DNA of 64,000 nucleotides from Fimbriosthenelais zetlandica (taxonomy: Eukaryota), in contig OZ365118.1 in the NCBI GenBank assembly GCA_977030845.1, positions 14,694,001-14,758,000 on the forward strand. The letters run 5' to 3'. Numbering within the stretch: the stretch's first letter is position 1; every line of letters starts with the position of its first letter. The notes under the pieces are model-generated. The model worked only from the letters and a program-made list of their open reading frames with translations. It did not search any database and was not told the DNA's origin. The position numbers and the translations under genes were made by a program. Below are positions 23,601-38,600 of the stretch, piece after piece.

Positions 23601-26600
23601 AGTGGTCGCTTAAAAGGGGTGGTCGGATGTGGGGGGACCACTGTGTGTGTATCGAAAGGCTAAAGTTGAAATGAAATACGTGCAAGGCCGCAGTTGCTAC
23701 AAACAATGTAAATAATGTATGGGCTTACATATGAGGTGATTAGTTGAACGAGAAAGGAATTTATTGCATTATTAACATTGCAAGGGGATGGGGTGTATTC
23801 ATAGTCAACAGGATCTAGATCAGATCATGTCTGGAGTTGAATGTCTTGGCCTGGGAAATATCAGCGGTCGTGGCCAGTCATTTTAACGGTAAAAGAGAAA
23901 GTAGGGGTTGAGATACCACGGAACAATTTTTCGGTTTTGATATTACAGCGAATTCACAAAAAAAATACAATAAAACAAGGTTTGAGGGAGCAGAAGATTT
24001 TTCGCCCTAAATATATATGATTCGCCAAATATTATGTGAATTAGTCGAAGAATTATGACTATGAGGGGAAATAGAATGCCATTTATCGTTTAAAATCATA
24101 TTAGACTATTTACTTTGGGAGCCAGTATCTAATCTTTTAATTGAAATTTTGAGAGAATTTATTGTCCAAAAATGAGTCATTCAATACTCTTGAAAGCCGT
24201 AATGGTTTTATAACGAATATAATTGTTATATATCACCAATAAATGCCTATATTATATCAGCATTATCATGTCTACAAATGCATACATTAATCCATGGGGA
24301 ATAATTGGTCAGTTCTATTTTTGGTCAATGGGCAACTATACTTATTCAGTCAGATATAAAAGTGTTCAAATCTTCATAAATCATTTTGAACTTATAACAG
24401 TAAAGCAGGAAGTCATGTTTTGAGTTTAGGACATCAGTACCCTGTCTCTCTACTCTTTATTTAGCTGCATTATTTTTCTTTAGTACGAGGTCTTATAATT
24501 GCGATGGAATGCCATTAGATTTTAAATCATGCGTTGGGAATTATTTTTTTTACTCAGAGGAGAGTATACATTTATTTATTGTATATAATTCAAGGAGTGA
24601 TACAGCCTATCACATGTTTGTACCTTATATTAGCTGCATTGGGGTTAAATATTTTTCCGTAATTCGGGTTATTCCCCCTCCCACCCAACCTATACTCTCC
24701 CTGCCACCCCTCCCCCCACGAACTCCCCCGATAAGGAGGCAAATGCATTCCAAGTGGTTTGCGTCCCAGACACATACTAGGAATATTATGAAATTGACAA
24801 ATGATTCTGTCTCTAACTGTAATGGTGCATGAAAGTCTACATTGGGAAGCTGGAGTATGTGGTGTATGTCGATAAAGGAGGTAGTTCCCAAGTAGGTCAT
24901 TTATAAGGAAGCAACTGAACGTAGTCTTATTTTTAACTTTTAAGTACGCATTACATTATAGAATAAGATCCTGTTTGTTTGAAAATCCCGACCATCCTTT
25001 CATGATATTACTATTCATGCTTGGTTTAGTTCACAGATTACGACCCCCCCCCCCCCCCCCCTTCACCCCAGTAGCCCCCCCCCCCCCCCCCCCCCCTGCA
25101 TCTTCATGCCCTGTTAAAGTTTCTGGCCCCAAGGGAAATCTTTCCCTAAACACTTGTACCTTGACGCACAACACAACTCTGGCATTTCAAGTCCTATTTT
25201 TATGTTTCAAAATTCTATGTTTTAATTACTAGGAGGGGATCTGACTTTAATTAAATTATTTACGTAAAAAATGTAAAAAGTGAAATCCCGTATTTTCTCT
25301 AACAATCATCGTGGATTTGATGAAATATTTTGTTAATCCTCAGATATAGCCTGGGAAATATTGATATTATGCAGGTTCAGTTGAACTGGCTTGAACCCAA
25401 ATAGAGTACTTTGGGACATCTAACATTTGAGTGTCATCCTTGGCCCAGTCTAATATACGTGTATACATTACTTTGACATTTTTGCACTTGATTAATTTCA
25501 GAACGGAAATAAAAAATAATTACCTACATGTATATAAGTAAACAGACCCAAATTTTCGAGTCTCTCTTTAGAAACCTTTGAGCTGTGAATACCTTAATTT
25601 ATTGATAGGAGAATTGATGGTCACAAGATTCTGGCCTCAGCCAATCAGATGGCTTGTAACTGGAAAGAAACAGCCAGTAAGGGTCATTGTTCCAGGGCCA
25701 GTATGTGCTATACAGGTTTGATGCAATAAACAATGCCTGGCCACCATTACCTAATCTATAGAAACTGATATCGCCTGAAGATAACATAAACTATGCGGAA
25801 ACAGATCGAAAAGGTCTGAACCTAAAATGGAAAATCCAGTTTTTCTTCTCTTCAATTTATTTCAATACAAAAATTATTACATTTCTCCAAAGGCCAGAGA
25901 TAAAAATAACTTATACAAATTCTTGCTATATTTCATGTCGTGATTTCCATGTTGGGAAATAAACTGACATGGGTTGAAAGGCAGTGATAGATATTACTCA
26001 CACTTTAAGTCTATGGGTATGTTTTTAAGTCTATAGGTATAAGGTTGGACATGGAAAAAACAATACAAGATTATAATGTAGAAAAGAGGCATTTACAACA
26101 CAAATGATACATGTATATATAATAAATATTATATTGATTAGAAAACTTGAGATGGTTGGTGGGCCTGCTACTGGGAAAAGAAAAGAAGGAAGGGAAAATG
26201 AAGTACATGAGGCTGAGAGAAAAAAAATGTGAATTGTAGGTTAGATGATATTATATGTATACATGAAGTGGTTTCCATGGTGAAATTCACCCCTCGAGTT
26301 CTCTACTCGTCTCGATTTTCATCTTGGTTTCCTCTGATCCGTTTTGACTTACTAGAGTTATATAGTTTTGAGCTGTGTAAGTTACATACATTTTGTCATT
26401 TTTTCCCTTCTAGTTTACAAGATGGGGCGACCAACTCTGGTCCTATACGGTTCGACCCACCGTCTCTCGATTTCCGCGAGCAGTAAGTGGAGCTTTTCAT
26501 ATTTAAAACAAAAATGAATTTAAAAATAAGATTATTTGATTATTCATGTATTGTCAATATTCATGTCAAATGCTTTTCTCTGACTTCTGTATCTCACTCT

Positions 26601-29600
26601 TTCTCTCGCCCTGCCTCTCTCTCTCTATCTCTATTTTTCTTTCTCTGTCTTTTCTCTCGGTCTCTGTTTCTCTTCTCTGTCTCTCAGTCTCTTTATGTCT
26701 CTCCTTCTCTCGCCATGTCATAGTTTTAGTATAGCGTCTGATCATGTCTCGTTTCTTGCAGGCCGGTGGGTATGCCGCATATGGAGCAGGTGACGGTCCA
26801 CAACCCGGACTCACATACAAACTTACACCTTCTCTCCATCTCTGGCAGTACGCTGCACTTTCACTGCTCATTCTTTCAAGATAAGGTGAGAAAAAAATCC
26901 CCTACTGTTTTTACAAATTGGTATTGACGAGGCATAGTTGTGACTGTGACTATACTGAGTGCAATATCGGTCAAATTATGGCACTCTGATGCCAATACCA
27001 GACTCCTATGTTCAGGCTATGAGAGATCTGTACCAAGGGTATAATAAGGAATATGTATATTAGTCCTAAATATCCGGTGTCCAACTGAATAACTAGGGGA
27101 TCTGGGATTTTTGAATGGGGCTTGATTCGCACTAGTAACCATGGTAATTTTTTGTTTACAGATGGTGCCGCCGGGGGGGAATACAACTTTTGATGTCGTC
27201 TTCCTAGCGCGGCAACAAGGAGCGGTAGAAAATACATTATATATACACACCACACTGGGTTCATTCAAATACCTGGTGAGTAATAAAAATTGGTTTTATT
27301 ATTTAAAAAATGTCCTTTAAAGGTTTTGTTGAATATTGATATATGTATACAAGTTTAGTTGAATGGGAGAAAGTATTATACGAGCTTCCCATGGTGTCCC
27401 TTTGTTCTCAAAATTTGTATTTATTCTCGTTCCAAATTTTCATACTAAATGTTTTTCATTTGTACCATTTATAAAAAAAAAATAATTATTTATGAAACAA
27501 TTTAAGAAAAAGGTTTGATAATGAGACAGATGGGAGTCAAATGGGATCAGATGTGATATACATGTAGTGTAAAGTGTAAGGCCACCCTTGAGTAAAATGT
27601 TCTTAAAATATCTATAGAATAGTTTATCTGGTGGGAAAAATCCCCCTTAAAGGAAGTACCAGTTTATCACTGTGACCCAGGAAAAGAAAGATAGGGAGAG
27701 AGTCAAGTATCACAGCTTTCAGAAAAGACTTGATGTTTTTCCTGTGATAAGAGACAGAGAGAAGACCAGAGTTGAGCATCGTTTACAGTTTCTCCTATCT
27801 TCATCACTTCCTGTTTTTATATCTTGTCACATATTGGGAAAAAAAACTTATTTCCAGGCTTTGGATAGAGCAATGAAATGTTACTATTAAAATGTAAAAA
27901 AACAAAAAAACAAACTGAAATGGAGAAGTTGATACTGTAGGTATCAGTTTTCAACAGTTATCCTTGCTTGTGTAGGGAACGCATGTCTTGTTATCTGAAA
28001 TATGCAAAACTGTCACATAAATTAGGTTTTTAACTTGTCATATTCATTAAAGGGTCAACTAGTCTTATTTTTAACAAATATTATCTAAAAGTGGAAAGCC
28101 ACGAACCAAACTAAATACATCGGTGTTGGTGGACTCGTAGAAAGTGATGACAAATCTAAAAGCCTCTTTCTTGCATTAGAAATCATGAAGAAAACATTCG
28201 AACTCCTGGAAAAATGATAAAATTGATTTTGTTCGGTTTGGATTGTGTTGACCATCATTCACTCACTCATTTAATTCATTAACTGGAGACAGTTCAGAGA
28301 TAGTTCAGAGACAGTTCATTCCATTCATTCATTCACTCATTCATTCTCTTGTCTTTCAGGTGACGGGCGTGGGCGTACCTAACCCATATAGAATACGTCC
28401 CTTCCTGGGGGCCAAGGTGCCCCTCAACACCAGTTTCTCACCACTGATAAAAATGCACAACCCTCACAATTCTGTGCTACAGGTAGGCCTGTCCATTCAT
28501 CCCCAGGCTAAACCTCCTCTATAATATTGCATTCCGAGCATTACCCTGACAATTATAATGAAATGCTTCACCCATAACAGGCTCTATTCTCACTAAAAAA
28601 AAACTCGTATAATAATTTGTTTTTTCCATTGCCAGGTGGTGGAAATGTATTCTAGCGGAGGCGATTTACATCTTGAGCTTCCTACGGGTGAAAAAGAGGC
28701 CCCTAAAAACTTATGGGTGAGGAAAGTTACTCTTTTTGACATTAATTAATGATTGCCGTAATTCGTTTCTATTTATTTATATAATTTCTACTGTCAAGTC
28801 CACTGCATATGTCTCTTTGCCCTTGCTAATATTGCAAAAAATAATGTAAAAAAACACAGAAACCAACCCTAACCCTGGACGTTTATTCGCCTTTTAAATT
28901 TTAACAAAATATTTTATTGCAGGAGATAGCGCCGTATGAGACGAAGCCGGTAATGCGGGCTAGTTTTGTGGGGCGGACAGAGAACAACCATACCGCATTC
29001 ATCCGTATAAAAACCAACCAGGATAAAAAAGACGAGGTCCTCGTCCTCCCAGTGGAGGTGAGCTCAATAACATTGTTTTCAAGTACAGTACCGTATTTGC
29101 CGGATTGTACCGCACCTGACTATAAACAAGTCGTTGTATTAAAAAGACATTTGCAGATAAAGTCATTTTATTGACGTACTAACATCGCTAACAGCTTACA
29201 CATTTATGATTGAAACTTGCATCTTTGTGGAGCCGACAAATCGGTTGGTACATCCAACTTTGCGTGTATAATAATTAAGCATATGTTTCGTCCTCGCAGG
29301 TTGAGGTGACCTCATCCCCGGGGATATACTCGCCACTGGAGATGCTCGACTTTGGCATTCTCCGCTCCCACGACCAGCCTAAAACACTCCGCCTAAACCT
29401 CATCAACTCAGGCAATAGAGCCATTCATTTAAATGTGAGTAACTCAGGCAATAGAGCCATTCATTTATATGTGAGTAACTCAGGCAATTGAGCCATTCAT
29501 TTATATGTGAGTAACTCAGGCAATAGAGCCATTCATTTAAATGTGAGTAACTCAGGAAATAGAGCCATTCATTTATATGTGAGTAACTCAGGCAATAGAG

Positions 29601-32600
29601 CCATTCATTTATATGTGAGTAACTGGGTCAATTCCTGTTGGTTATGATGAAGAATTTCTAGTTTTGTTTACTGATTTGAATGTTCTTCCTCTATTGTAGA
29701 GTATATCTGTATCACCACCTAACGACGCTATACACATAGAGTTCAGACCCATTAAACTACAACCAGATATCATACAACCCACGCCCGTGGCCCTCATTTC
29801 ATTCTCTGGTGAGTGAACACTATTTCTTAAGATAACATTTCTCAATGAATAATTCAAGGCAGTATTATTTAATGGTACATATACTCCCGAAAGGCTCCAA
29901 ACAATGAATCAATTTATCACCTATTGAAACAATTTGCTTTCGTGACATTTTATGAATCAATCAGTCTATGGCTAAATCAATCGTTAAAAATAGAAAATAT
30001 AAAAATCAATCCGTCAATACAAGAAACATTTTTTCAGATTTAGATATTTCGATATAGAACCAGTCGAATCGGTCGATCAAGAAAAAAAAATCTACAACAA
30101 TTTTTAACATGACATTCTGTAATCTGTAATACAATGTATTATTTTTATAATCAATCAGCTGCCTGGGCATCGACCGCCAGTCAGTCGAGTGGTAAGATAG
30201 TGGTGAAATCTAAGAGCGGTCAGTACCGGCTGTCTGTACCCTACCAGGCCACGGTACTGCATGGCTCACTGCTCTACCCACTTAATCAAACCATGTTCTA
30301 CACCGGCCAGCCGCCCTTCAAAAACATGACCCGAGATCTCAACGTCACCAATACCTTCAACTTTACCGTAGTCATCTATAACGTCTCCTTGCCAGACGAG
30401 GGCCACCCCTATTTCTCCGTAAGTTCTCAAATATTTTTAAGCCAAGTTTTCAAAATAGAAGTGTAATTCATCCTTTTATTTCAGCTATCTGTAATAGCTT
30501 CTATGTGTCATTGTTAACACTGATGCCCATTTTGACGTCATAATAACGTGATTTCAGGTGGAGAATGTGACGTCACCGTTGACGTTACGTCCCCAGGAGA
30601 CGGTACGGGCGTTCCGTCTGCGCTTCCACCCTAACAGCACCCACCTCCACCTCTCTACCCACCTCCGGCTAGCCACCAACGCATCCATCTTTGTCTTCCC
30701 TATTACCGTCTATAATGGCAAACTCAAGGTCAGTTATTCAAAACTTTCACAAATTGACGGATATTTCCGCAATTTTTACCATTGTTTTCTGGGATATATA
30801 GCAATTAAGTCCATATGTATAATATGCCTGTTTTGGGTCATTTTTAATATGGACATTGTCTGCCGAAAGCGTTTTTTTTCTCGTACTGAGAATTGTAATG
30901 GGATGTAATTGGTTGCAATGGGATGATGTGATGGGTTGCAAATGTATTGTAATGGGTTGTTATATATTGTAATGGGTTGTAATGGATTTTAATGGGTTGT
31001 AAATGTATTATAATGAGTGCTTATGTATTGTTATGGTGTGTAATGGGTTACTGATATATTTTTCAGGTGGTACATCATCGGCCCGGTGTGTATAAAGGCC
31101 ACCTGGAGTTTGGTACTCTAGGCATGCAGGAAAAACGCAGCATGACGTTCACACTGAGAAATGACAACCCTGTAGATGTATGTAGACTATTAACCAGACA
31201 TTTACTGCCTCATGCTCTAACCTTAATAATGAACAAATACCCGTTTATTACGTAACCTATACAAAATTAAATATTTACACATCTCAAATTTGTGATCAAA
31301 TTCTTGAAACTATAGGGGAAAATGATTGCAATATATAATAAATGCCATTCCTTTCAGATTATTATACGAGAGTTCAGCGCCAATATGGAGAAGACCTCGG
31401 TTGAACTCCTCGGCGTGGAGAAGGGCAACGGGACGACTTTGACTCGTAAACACAATCCTTCAGATTTGGAAACGAATCCAGTAAGTCAGAGTTTAAATAA
31501 AATCCCATGTAGTCTTTTATAGAGTTCTTGTATACTTAATACCCCTGACGAGCCTGGAAATGAAATGATTATTAGTTGACTCACTCTTTGCTTACAGCTC
31601 GTCCTCAAACCCTACCACTTTGCCGTGTTCAGCGTGAACTTGGTGGCACCCAGTATTGAAGGCACCTTTACTGCCGAGGTCATCATCGTTACTCAGTTTG
31701 AGGTGAGTAATTGTTGAAAGATGTTCATTCATGTAAAGCTCGTGCGTGCTTCAATGTGTGTTCTCAAGACTATAACATCTAAAATTATATCCCCTAAAAA
31801 TATAACTGAAAAATAACCCATTCTAAATATATTGAGATTAACTATATAATGGATTTAATAGCTTCGATAACAATCTTGTTTTTTGACAGTTTGGCATTTT
31901 TTAAATTGAGAATTTGTCTTTCAGAACCTCTATATTCCACTGAACCTACAAACAGCGGAGGGCAGTCTTAACGCTGTATCGGGCAAGGTGGCTTTTGAAA
32001 ACTGTTTTCCCGTGAGTTATGCCTTCATTTTCTCTCCTAATGAGCAAAATTATTAATCTTATTTAGCTATTATAAAAATTATATTAATGGAAGTGTATTG
32101 GTGTTTCCGTCTAAGCATTATAACAGTTATACTAGTCTTTCAGTCTAAGCATTACAACAGTTATACTAGTCTTTCAGTCTAAGCATTATAACAGTTATAT
32201 TCTGTCAGTCTAAGCATTATAACAGCTGCATTGGTCTTTCACTCTATATTGGGTATTTCAGTCTGAGCATTATAAGGGTTGTTGTATTGATGTTTCAGTC
32301 TAAGCGGCCACATCAGGATTTGTGGATACATAGTTCATTCAGTGACCTCATGGAGGTTCGTCACATTACATTCCAACCTAACGACTCACGCTTTTACTAT
32401 GAGCGTCCCCCGGGCCCTCCCCACATCACTCTGCTAGAGCCACACAAAGATAACAATGTACGTAAAACAAGGTCTTTTTATTGTTTTTTAAATTTTTTTG
32501 CATTAAATAAATTATCTTTGTAATTACATTGGTGTTTATTTTAAATGATAGATATTTATTAATAAATCAATTACTTTTTTTGCAGATCGGTCGAATATTT

Positions 32601-35600
32601 TTTGATGCTAAAAAAGAGTGTCGAGAAGATTGCTATGTTGGCCTGCCTACTTATCTACCAGGTAAATAATTTTCATAAAATCGGAAATAACACAACAAAT
32701 TGAAAGACAAAAATATAATCGTTCCACAGGATACATGGGCATATTAAGAACTTTGAAACGTATACATTTTATGAGGGAAATAATTAAAATATTTCTGACA
32801 AAAAATACATGCTTCTTTCAGCGGGACACCAGTGGTTACTGGGCGCCTCGCTACATAAAGACGTGGCCGACACAGACCAATACCTCTACACTCGCTTCCA
32901 ACAAAAATGGCAGCTACTAGGCCAACACCAACTCTCCACGTAAGTCCCTCCTAACCGATGTACTCTAGTCCAACCTTCTGAGCGTTTACTCAGTTGTCTA
33001 CTTGACTTGAGAAGTGATTGGTTCGAATACCAGCAATATTTTGTCCCTGACTCACCTTTGTGCTGAAAGTCCGAAAATACTGATTAAAAAAAAAAGATTA
33101 ACAATATTGTTACTAATTGACCATGCTTGCTATTTCGCAGACTAATAATGGTATGATGTGCTTCTTCTTTTTTGCAGAATAAACGTTACTTTACAACTCG
33201 ACACAAACCAAGTTCGAGGTTTTTTATTCCCAGCTCAGGCACATCTACACTGGCCGTCAATGGTTAAAACAGACAAGATTAAATTCCCTCTCACCCAAAT
33301 AGGCAATATGACAGTAAGTAAAAGATCCATGACTCCTACTGCAATATATCATTATGATGCACAGTGTTTGCCAATTATCTAAGCCTACTGTAATTATAAT
33401 AAAATGATAATATGGGCATAAGCCCCATGTGACCCGCGTATTAATGACTTGCCAGTATTGGCAATAAGCCAACCTATGGATATGGATATAAAATTGTGCG
33501 ATGTATCCTGCACTAATTGAAGTGCCTTGTATTGCATAAGAGCTGACGCCAGCATAGTCTGATGTCATTCATTGTATAATTCTTATCTCACCACAAAAAC
33601 AATTTATGTAATTAAAAACATTGCTGACTACAGCCAGACTGCAGGTTTTCGAAAATTTATCAAACTTTCATAATCAAAATTTTTCCTTAAAATGAATAAC
33701 TCATTTGAGGGTGGGGACTGAAAATAATTTACAGTGAGGGCTTGAATTTGTTAATAATATATTATCCCAAATATATTGATTTCCTTGTCTAATAATGAAT
33801 TACTACCTATTTCTTACAGACCAGTGTTTTGAGTATAGAGAACCCGGCGGATGTCCCTGTGCTGATTCAAATCCTTCCTCTCTCCCTCTATCCTAGCCCA
33901 CAAACCATCATAGACCTCGTCTCCCATAGGTGAGACCCATACAAATATCAAACAATTGAAATCCTTTATATATCACGTCCATACTAGTTACTTTTGTGAA
34001 CATATTTTACTGTAATGTTTTGTATAGACATCTCATCTATGAATTGTTCTGGTCTATTTCAGGTTTCCGGGCGAGCTCAGTGATTATATAGAGATGGACG
34101 ATCTAGACGTCTTCTCACTCCAAGATTTAGAAATTTATAAGGTAAGTCTCACGATAAATACTTAAAAGTCTCAAGATAATACTTAAGAACTTATATCAAG
34201 CACGAGGTCTTGGAAAATATGAACATAGATTGAAGAGCCAATGCTGCCGTTCGAGAAGAGCTGGCCATCGTGTACCGGCAGCGTGTTGCCTTGCTGACTG
34301 GACGTTTTGATAAAGAACATTCACTCTTTCGGTCACTTATCGCAGGGTGTTAAGCTGGACTATTTGTATTGTAGCCGGGCGGTGATAATAAGCTGACTGC
34401 CTACCGTAAGGCTGTAGAGAGCTCACTGGGAGTAAAGCCCCACCGTCATGCAGCCACCATGATGCTAGAGGCCGGGCGAACCATGGATCTCAAACTTAGC
34501 TTTGTGCCCCGTGACGACCTCGCCCGAACGTCCTTCATCATCATCAGGTAAATTACTAAAAAAATTAAAAAGGTCCTGAATTTGAATAGATACCGAAAGG
34601 TGTAAAAAATCTCTGAAAAAAAAATCGAACAAAATCTCTGCTTCTAAAATTATAAAAGGACAATTATAAAGGAATTTCTGGAAATATAAACTTGTGAATT
34701 CTAAATTTGCAACAAGTTTTGGGATAATAAAGCTTGGAGACCCGTTTCCCTGCTTGCAGCTTGTAATTTTGCGCCTGGTTTTCAGGAATAATTTGACCAT
34801 CCTGGACGTGGTCCTGGTCCAGGGTCAGGGTGGCCGTGGTGAGATGCGCTTCAGTAACAAGAGGATGGGCTCCTCCATGCCACTCGTATTTGACATGACA
34901 GAAAAACATCTCAAAAATTGTGAAAGTAAGTGCCATTCACTGACTGACTCCTTACCTTCCTAGCTATATCAGAATTCTCTCAAAAACTGGGCAGGGTAGC
35001 AGTGTTTGATTTAATTGGTCGAGGTCCCTGGTTCAATAAATTTCCCAAAGATATTTTCCAGAGCTATTGTCCCCCCACCCCTAATTTGGTAATAAAGGGC
35101 CAGCCATGTCTCCCACTGTCAAACATTGTGGTCCTGAGATTTGATAATTTTCTAAAATCAAACAAATTTTCTCCAGTCCACTCACTCTCATCCTGAAATA
35201 GCTGAAAATTGAAACTAATGAAATATTTGCCCCAGCAAGTGATATCGATATTTTTGGTTAACAGAGAAGAAGCAGAGCAAGTCTAGTCCTGCCAGTTTTA
35301 CAGTGAAGCGGACCTTTACGGCAAGGAACACGGGTCAGCTGCCGTTCTACGTGCATGGCTTCAGTATCAGTGACTCCAGCTGTGAGGGCTACGGCTTCAA
35401 GGTGTTCGACTGCCAGGGGTTTGAACTCCTGCCCAACTCCAGCAAAAAGATAGATATAGCGTGAGTAGGGCTTACTCTCGCAGCCTCAATTTTACTTTTA
35501 ATTTAATGTCTTTTTAATATTAGGTGTAAAGTGAATCTTAGAAAATAAATAGCAACTTTGATTTGATATAATATAAATTGTACAAGATGAACTTGCCTAT

Positions 35601-38600
35601 CAAATTTCTTTACACTTCCCCCAGTAAGGGCTTTTGTAAAACTTTTTTAGAAAGACTTTTAATGAATGAAAAAAGTATTCTTGTCGTCTAGTGTCTTTTT
35701 TTAAATTCTTTTTTTATTAAAGATCGGGTTTGAAAAATTGTTAGTAGATGTCTGTTCTTGGCCGTTTCAGATTTACTCCTGATTTTACCATGTCTCGGAT
35801 GCGGCGTACCTTATCTGTGCACACCAGTCTGGGAGCAGCCATTAACTACACCCTGCAGGCTAGCATCCCCCCTCACATGCTGACTAAGTGTGCGGCCGCC
35901 CTGCCCCGGCCCCCGTGGGAACCCATCCTCTACTACACCAGTGTGTGCATCATGGCCTTTTTCCTCCTCGGTACACTGATCGCAGCTTACTGCGAAGCAG
36001 ATCGCATCTTTACTGCAGACATTCATAAACGCAGGGCCAAACTCAACTCGGCCTCCCAGGCATTCGACAAGGGTCGAGTGTTTGATCTTAGATATATCGC
36101 CGGCGTCCGAAGTGGGACGTCGGCCCACCACAGTCCCATGATGGACTCAAAAAATACGAGCCCGCAACCGTCGGCGGTAGCCGCAGCAACGGCCACGCCC
36201 CAGCAGCAACAGCAGCAGAAAGCCCCTGTTAAAGATGTTAACACCAGCCCTAAAGACCACCCTCAGATGACCACCCCCACCCTCACACACCCGACCAACA
36301 ACCACTCCCCTCCCCCAACAACCCGATCCTCCCCACACCTCTTATTACGACCATTTGTTTTTCTCAAGTCAATCTTCGTCAGAAGTAAAACCACTACCGG
36401 ACCGAGTCTCGCCAGTCCTGTCGCTCACGTCACCGAGCGACCCATCACCCGAGAGAAGGAGGTGAAGAATGGCATCGCCAACAATTGCGGTGCTAACCCG
36501 AAAACAGCATCCCCCGACAAGGTGAGCTCCGGTCCTGACCACACGGATAACAACAGTAAGACTACTAACTACAAGGTGACCAACAATCGCCGATCTAAGG
36601 CAGCTAAACGCCAACACACTGATCTCATCACAGATACAAACAGTACAACCGCAGGCAAGGATGGTAAGAGGAACTCGGGCCCCACCCGTAGGTTGGTGGC
36701 CGACCTCGACCAGCCTAAACCATTACCCGACAAAGACTACTCCCGCTCATTGAGCGGTGAAAACAAGACTACTGCCAACAGTGTGCCGACTGCCTCCCGT
36801 AAGGCGGACCGCACTACAGGCATGAACCAACTAGACATCATTGATACCAGCGATGTTACCCTACCAACTGAGGAACTAGAAGACAGCAAGAAGGACACAG
36901 GTAGGAAGATAACAAATCTTGTTCTAATATATTAATAATTATATTGCATAATAAATTTCATGTAAGAAATAATGTTTTATTTAAATTGTGAACGACCGAG
37001 TTTAGGTAACGACATTCCGGTATATGTTTTATCAGATTTCCCCTTATGTTTACAAGGCTCGAATTTTGTTTTGAGTGTGGAGAAATTTTACTATTCATTG
37101 TCTTTGAGGAATAATTTGTAACAATTTGATTCGTTTACCTATCTTATTAAATTACTGTAGATGCGTTTTGCATAGGTATACTTATATTTAACACTGTAAT
37201 GTTGTCTGTATTCAATAACACTTAACCCTTTAAATGTATGTGTTCAGTTACATTTAACCTTATCTTTTGTCTCTCACAGCTAATAAGAAGCTAAGACAGC
37301 GCAAGTCACGTAAAGTTGAAAGCCGTGATCGCCGTTCTAAGGAACGCCTGCGCCAGGAACTCTTGATGGACAACGACAAGGATGACGCTTCCTCTACCAC
37401 CACGGAATCCTCTAGTGCTGAGGCCGACGACAAGGTGAGAGGATAACCTTATATATAATAGATAACCTTATATATAATAGTTAGATAATAGACCTGTATA
37501 ATAGCACTTTGTAATGGAATTACATAATAATTCTGGAATAGAATTTTGTCAGAGTTATATAACAGTTATGTAATAGAGCTGTGTAATAGCGTTATATAAT
37601 GGAGCTAATAATAGAAATGACATAATGACATAGTTAAATGTATTCTTTCCATTTGATGCTTTAGACATCGAGTGCTCGGGAATCGACTCCGGAACCGATC
37701 CCGACCAAGAAGAAGTCACGCGGCAAGGACAAAAAGCGGGCTGACCAGCTAGATGATGAGAACGATGATGACTTTGTCATTACTTCCAAGTCAAGGGCAC
37801 ACAAGAACATCAAGATCGACCCCAAGAACTCCTTCGGTGGTAACATCCACCAGCCAAGGTATGCATACAGGCCTACTCCTCATTCTTATGCTTCACCTTC
37901 CACCCAAGGGGACAACGGACGGCCTTATTCAAAAACACGGACCTTTGGTTTCATTTCATATCTGCAATGAAAACCGTTTTCAAAATGGTTTTTCTTCCCT
38001 ATTTGAGCGGGAACGGCTACCCAAGGAGACCGGGACTGTGCATGGATAACGGGATTGGGTTGGGGAGAATGGAAGCCTAATGTTATTTGAAACTGATGGT
38101 AATATCCTATATGAAATGGTACCAAGTGGCCGTTTTTGTTAGGTATCTGCTATAGTTAGGCGACCTTTATACCAGATTCCAATGTAGCAATTTAGCATGT
38201 TCGTACCTATGCATCCATGCCTTTAGTATAACTAAATCACACCTCAATTACAGTACCTATGAGCTGCCCTACACCACCAAGCTGGAAGCCGCTGCTAGGG
38301 CTGAACCCTTCAACTCTAAGATGGATGCCAAATCAGACCGCTCAGACTCCTCCTCCTCCACCAGCACCGAGCGACCCAGCAAGAAATCCAGCAAGAACAA
38401 GAACGTCAACAAATCCAAGATGAACGGTAAGATCTAGTTTAACAGCTCTACCCACTTTTAGTGGTCTCTCTCTTAAACTCTTCTTTCTTCCAAAGTACGC
38501 TACATGCATCAAAAGATGAGCCTCCTCATAGCATGCTGGTCTAATTTAATCATTTCACCAAAATAAGTATATGAAATTTAAGCATATCATTCATAAAGCG

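Noticed and set aside
29405-29624. CRISPR-like appearance of the 36-bp repeats
   Set aside because: The units are directly adjacent with no unique spacers, the context is eukaryotic intron, and there are no cas genes.
32980-33035. A-box/B-box-like motifs (tactcagttg ... ggttcgaatacc)
   Set aside because: The cloverleaf cannot be built. At most this is a decayed tRNA-derived SINE head.
34235-34252. 17-nt exact match GAGCCAATGCTGCCGTT shared with about 45669-45685
   Set aside because: The flanks align poorly, and one such match in 64 kb is not clearly above chance.
35811-36617. Minus-strand ORFs over the large TMEM131 exon
   Set aside because: They are antisense shadows of GC-rich coding sequence.
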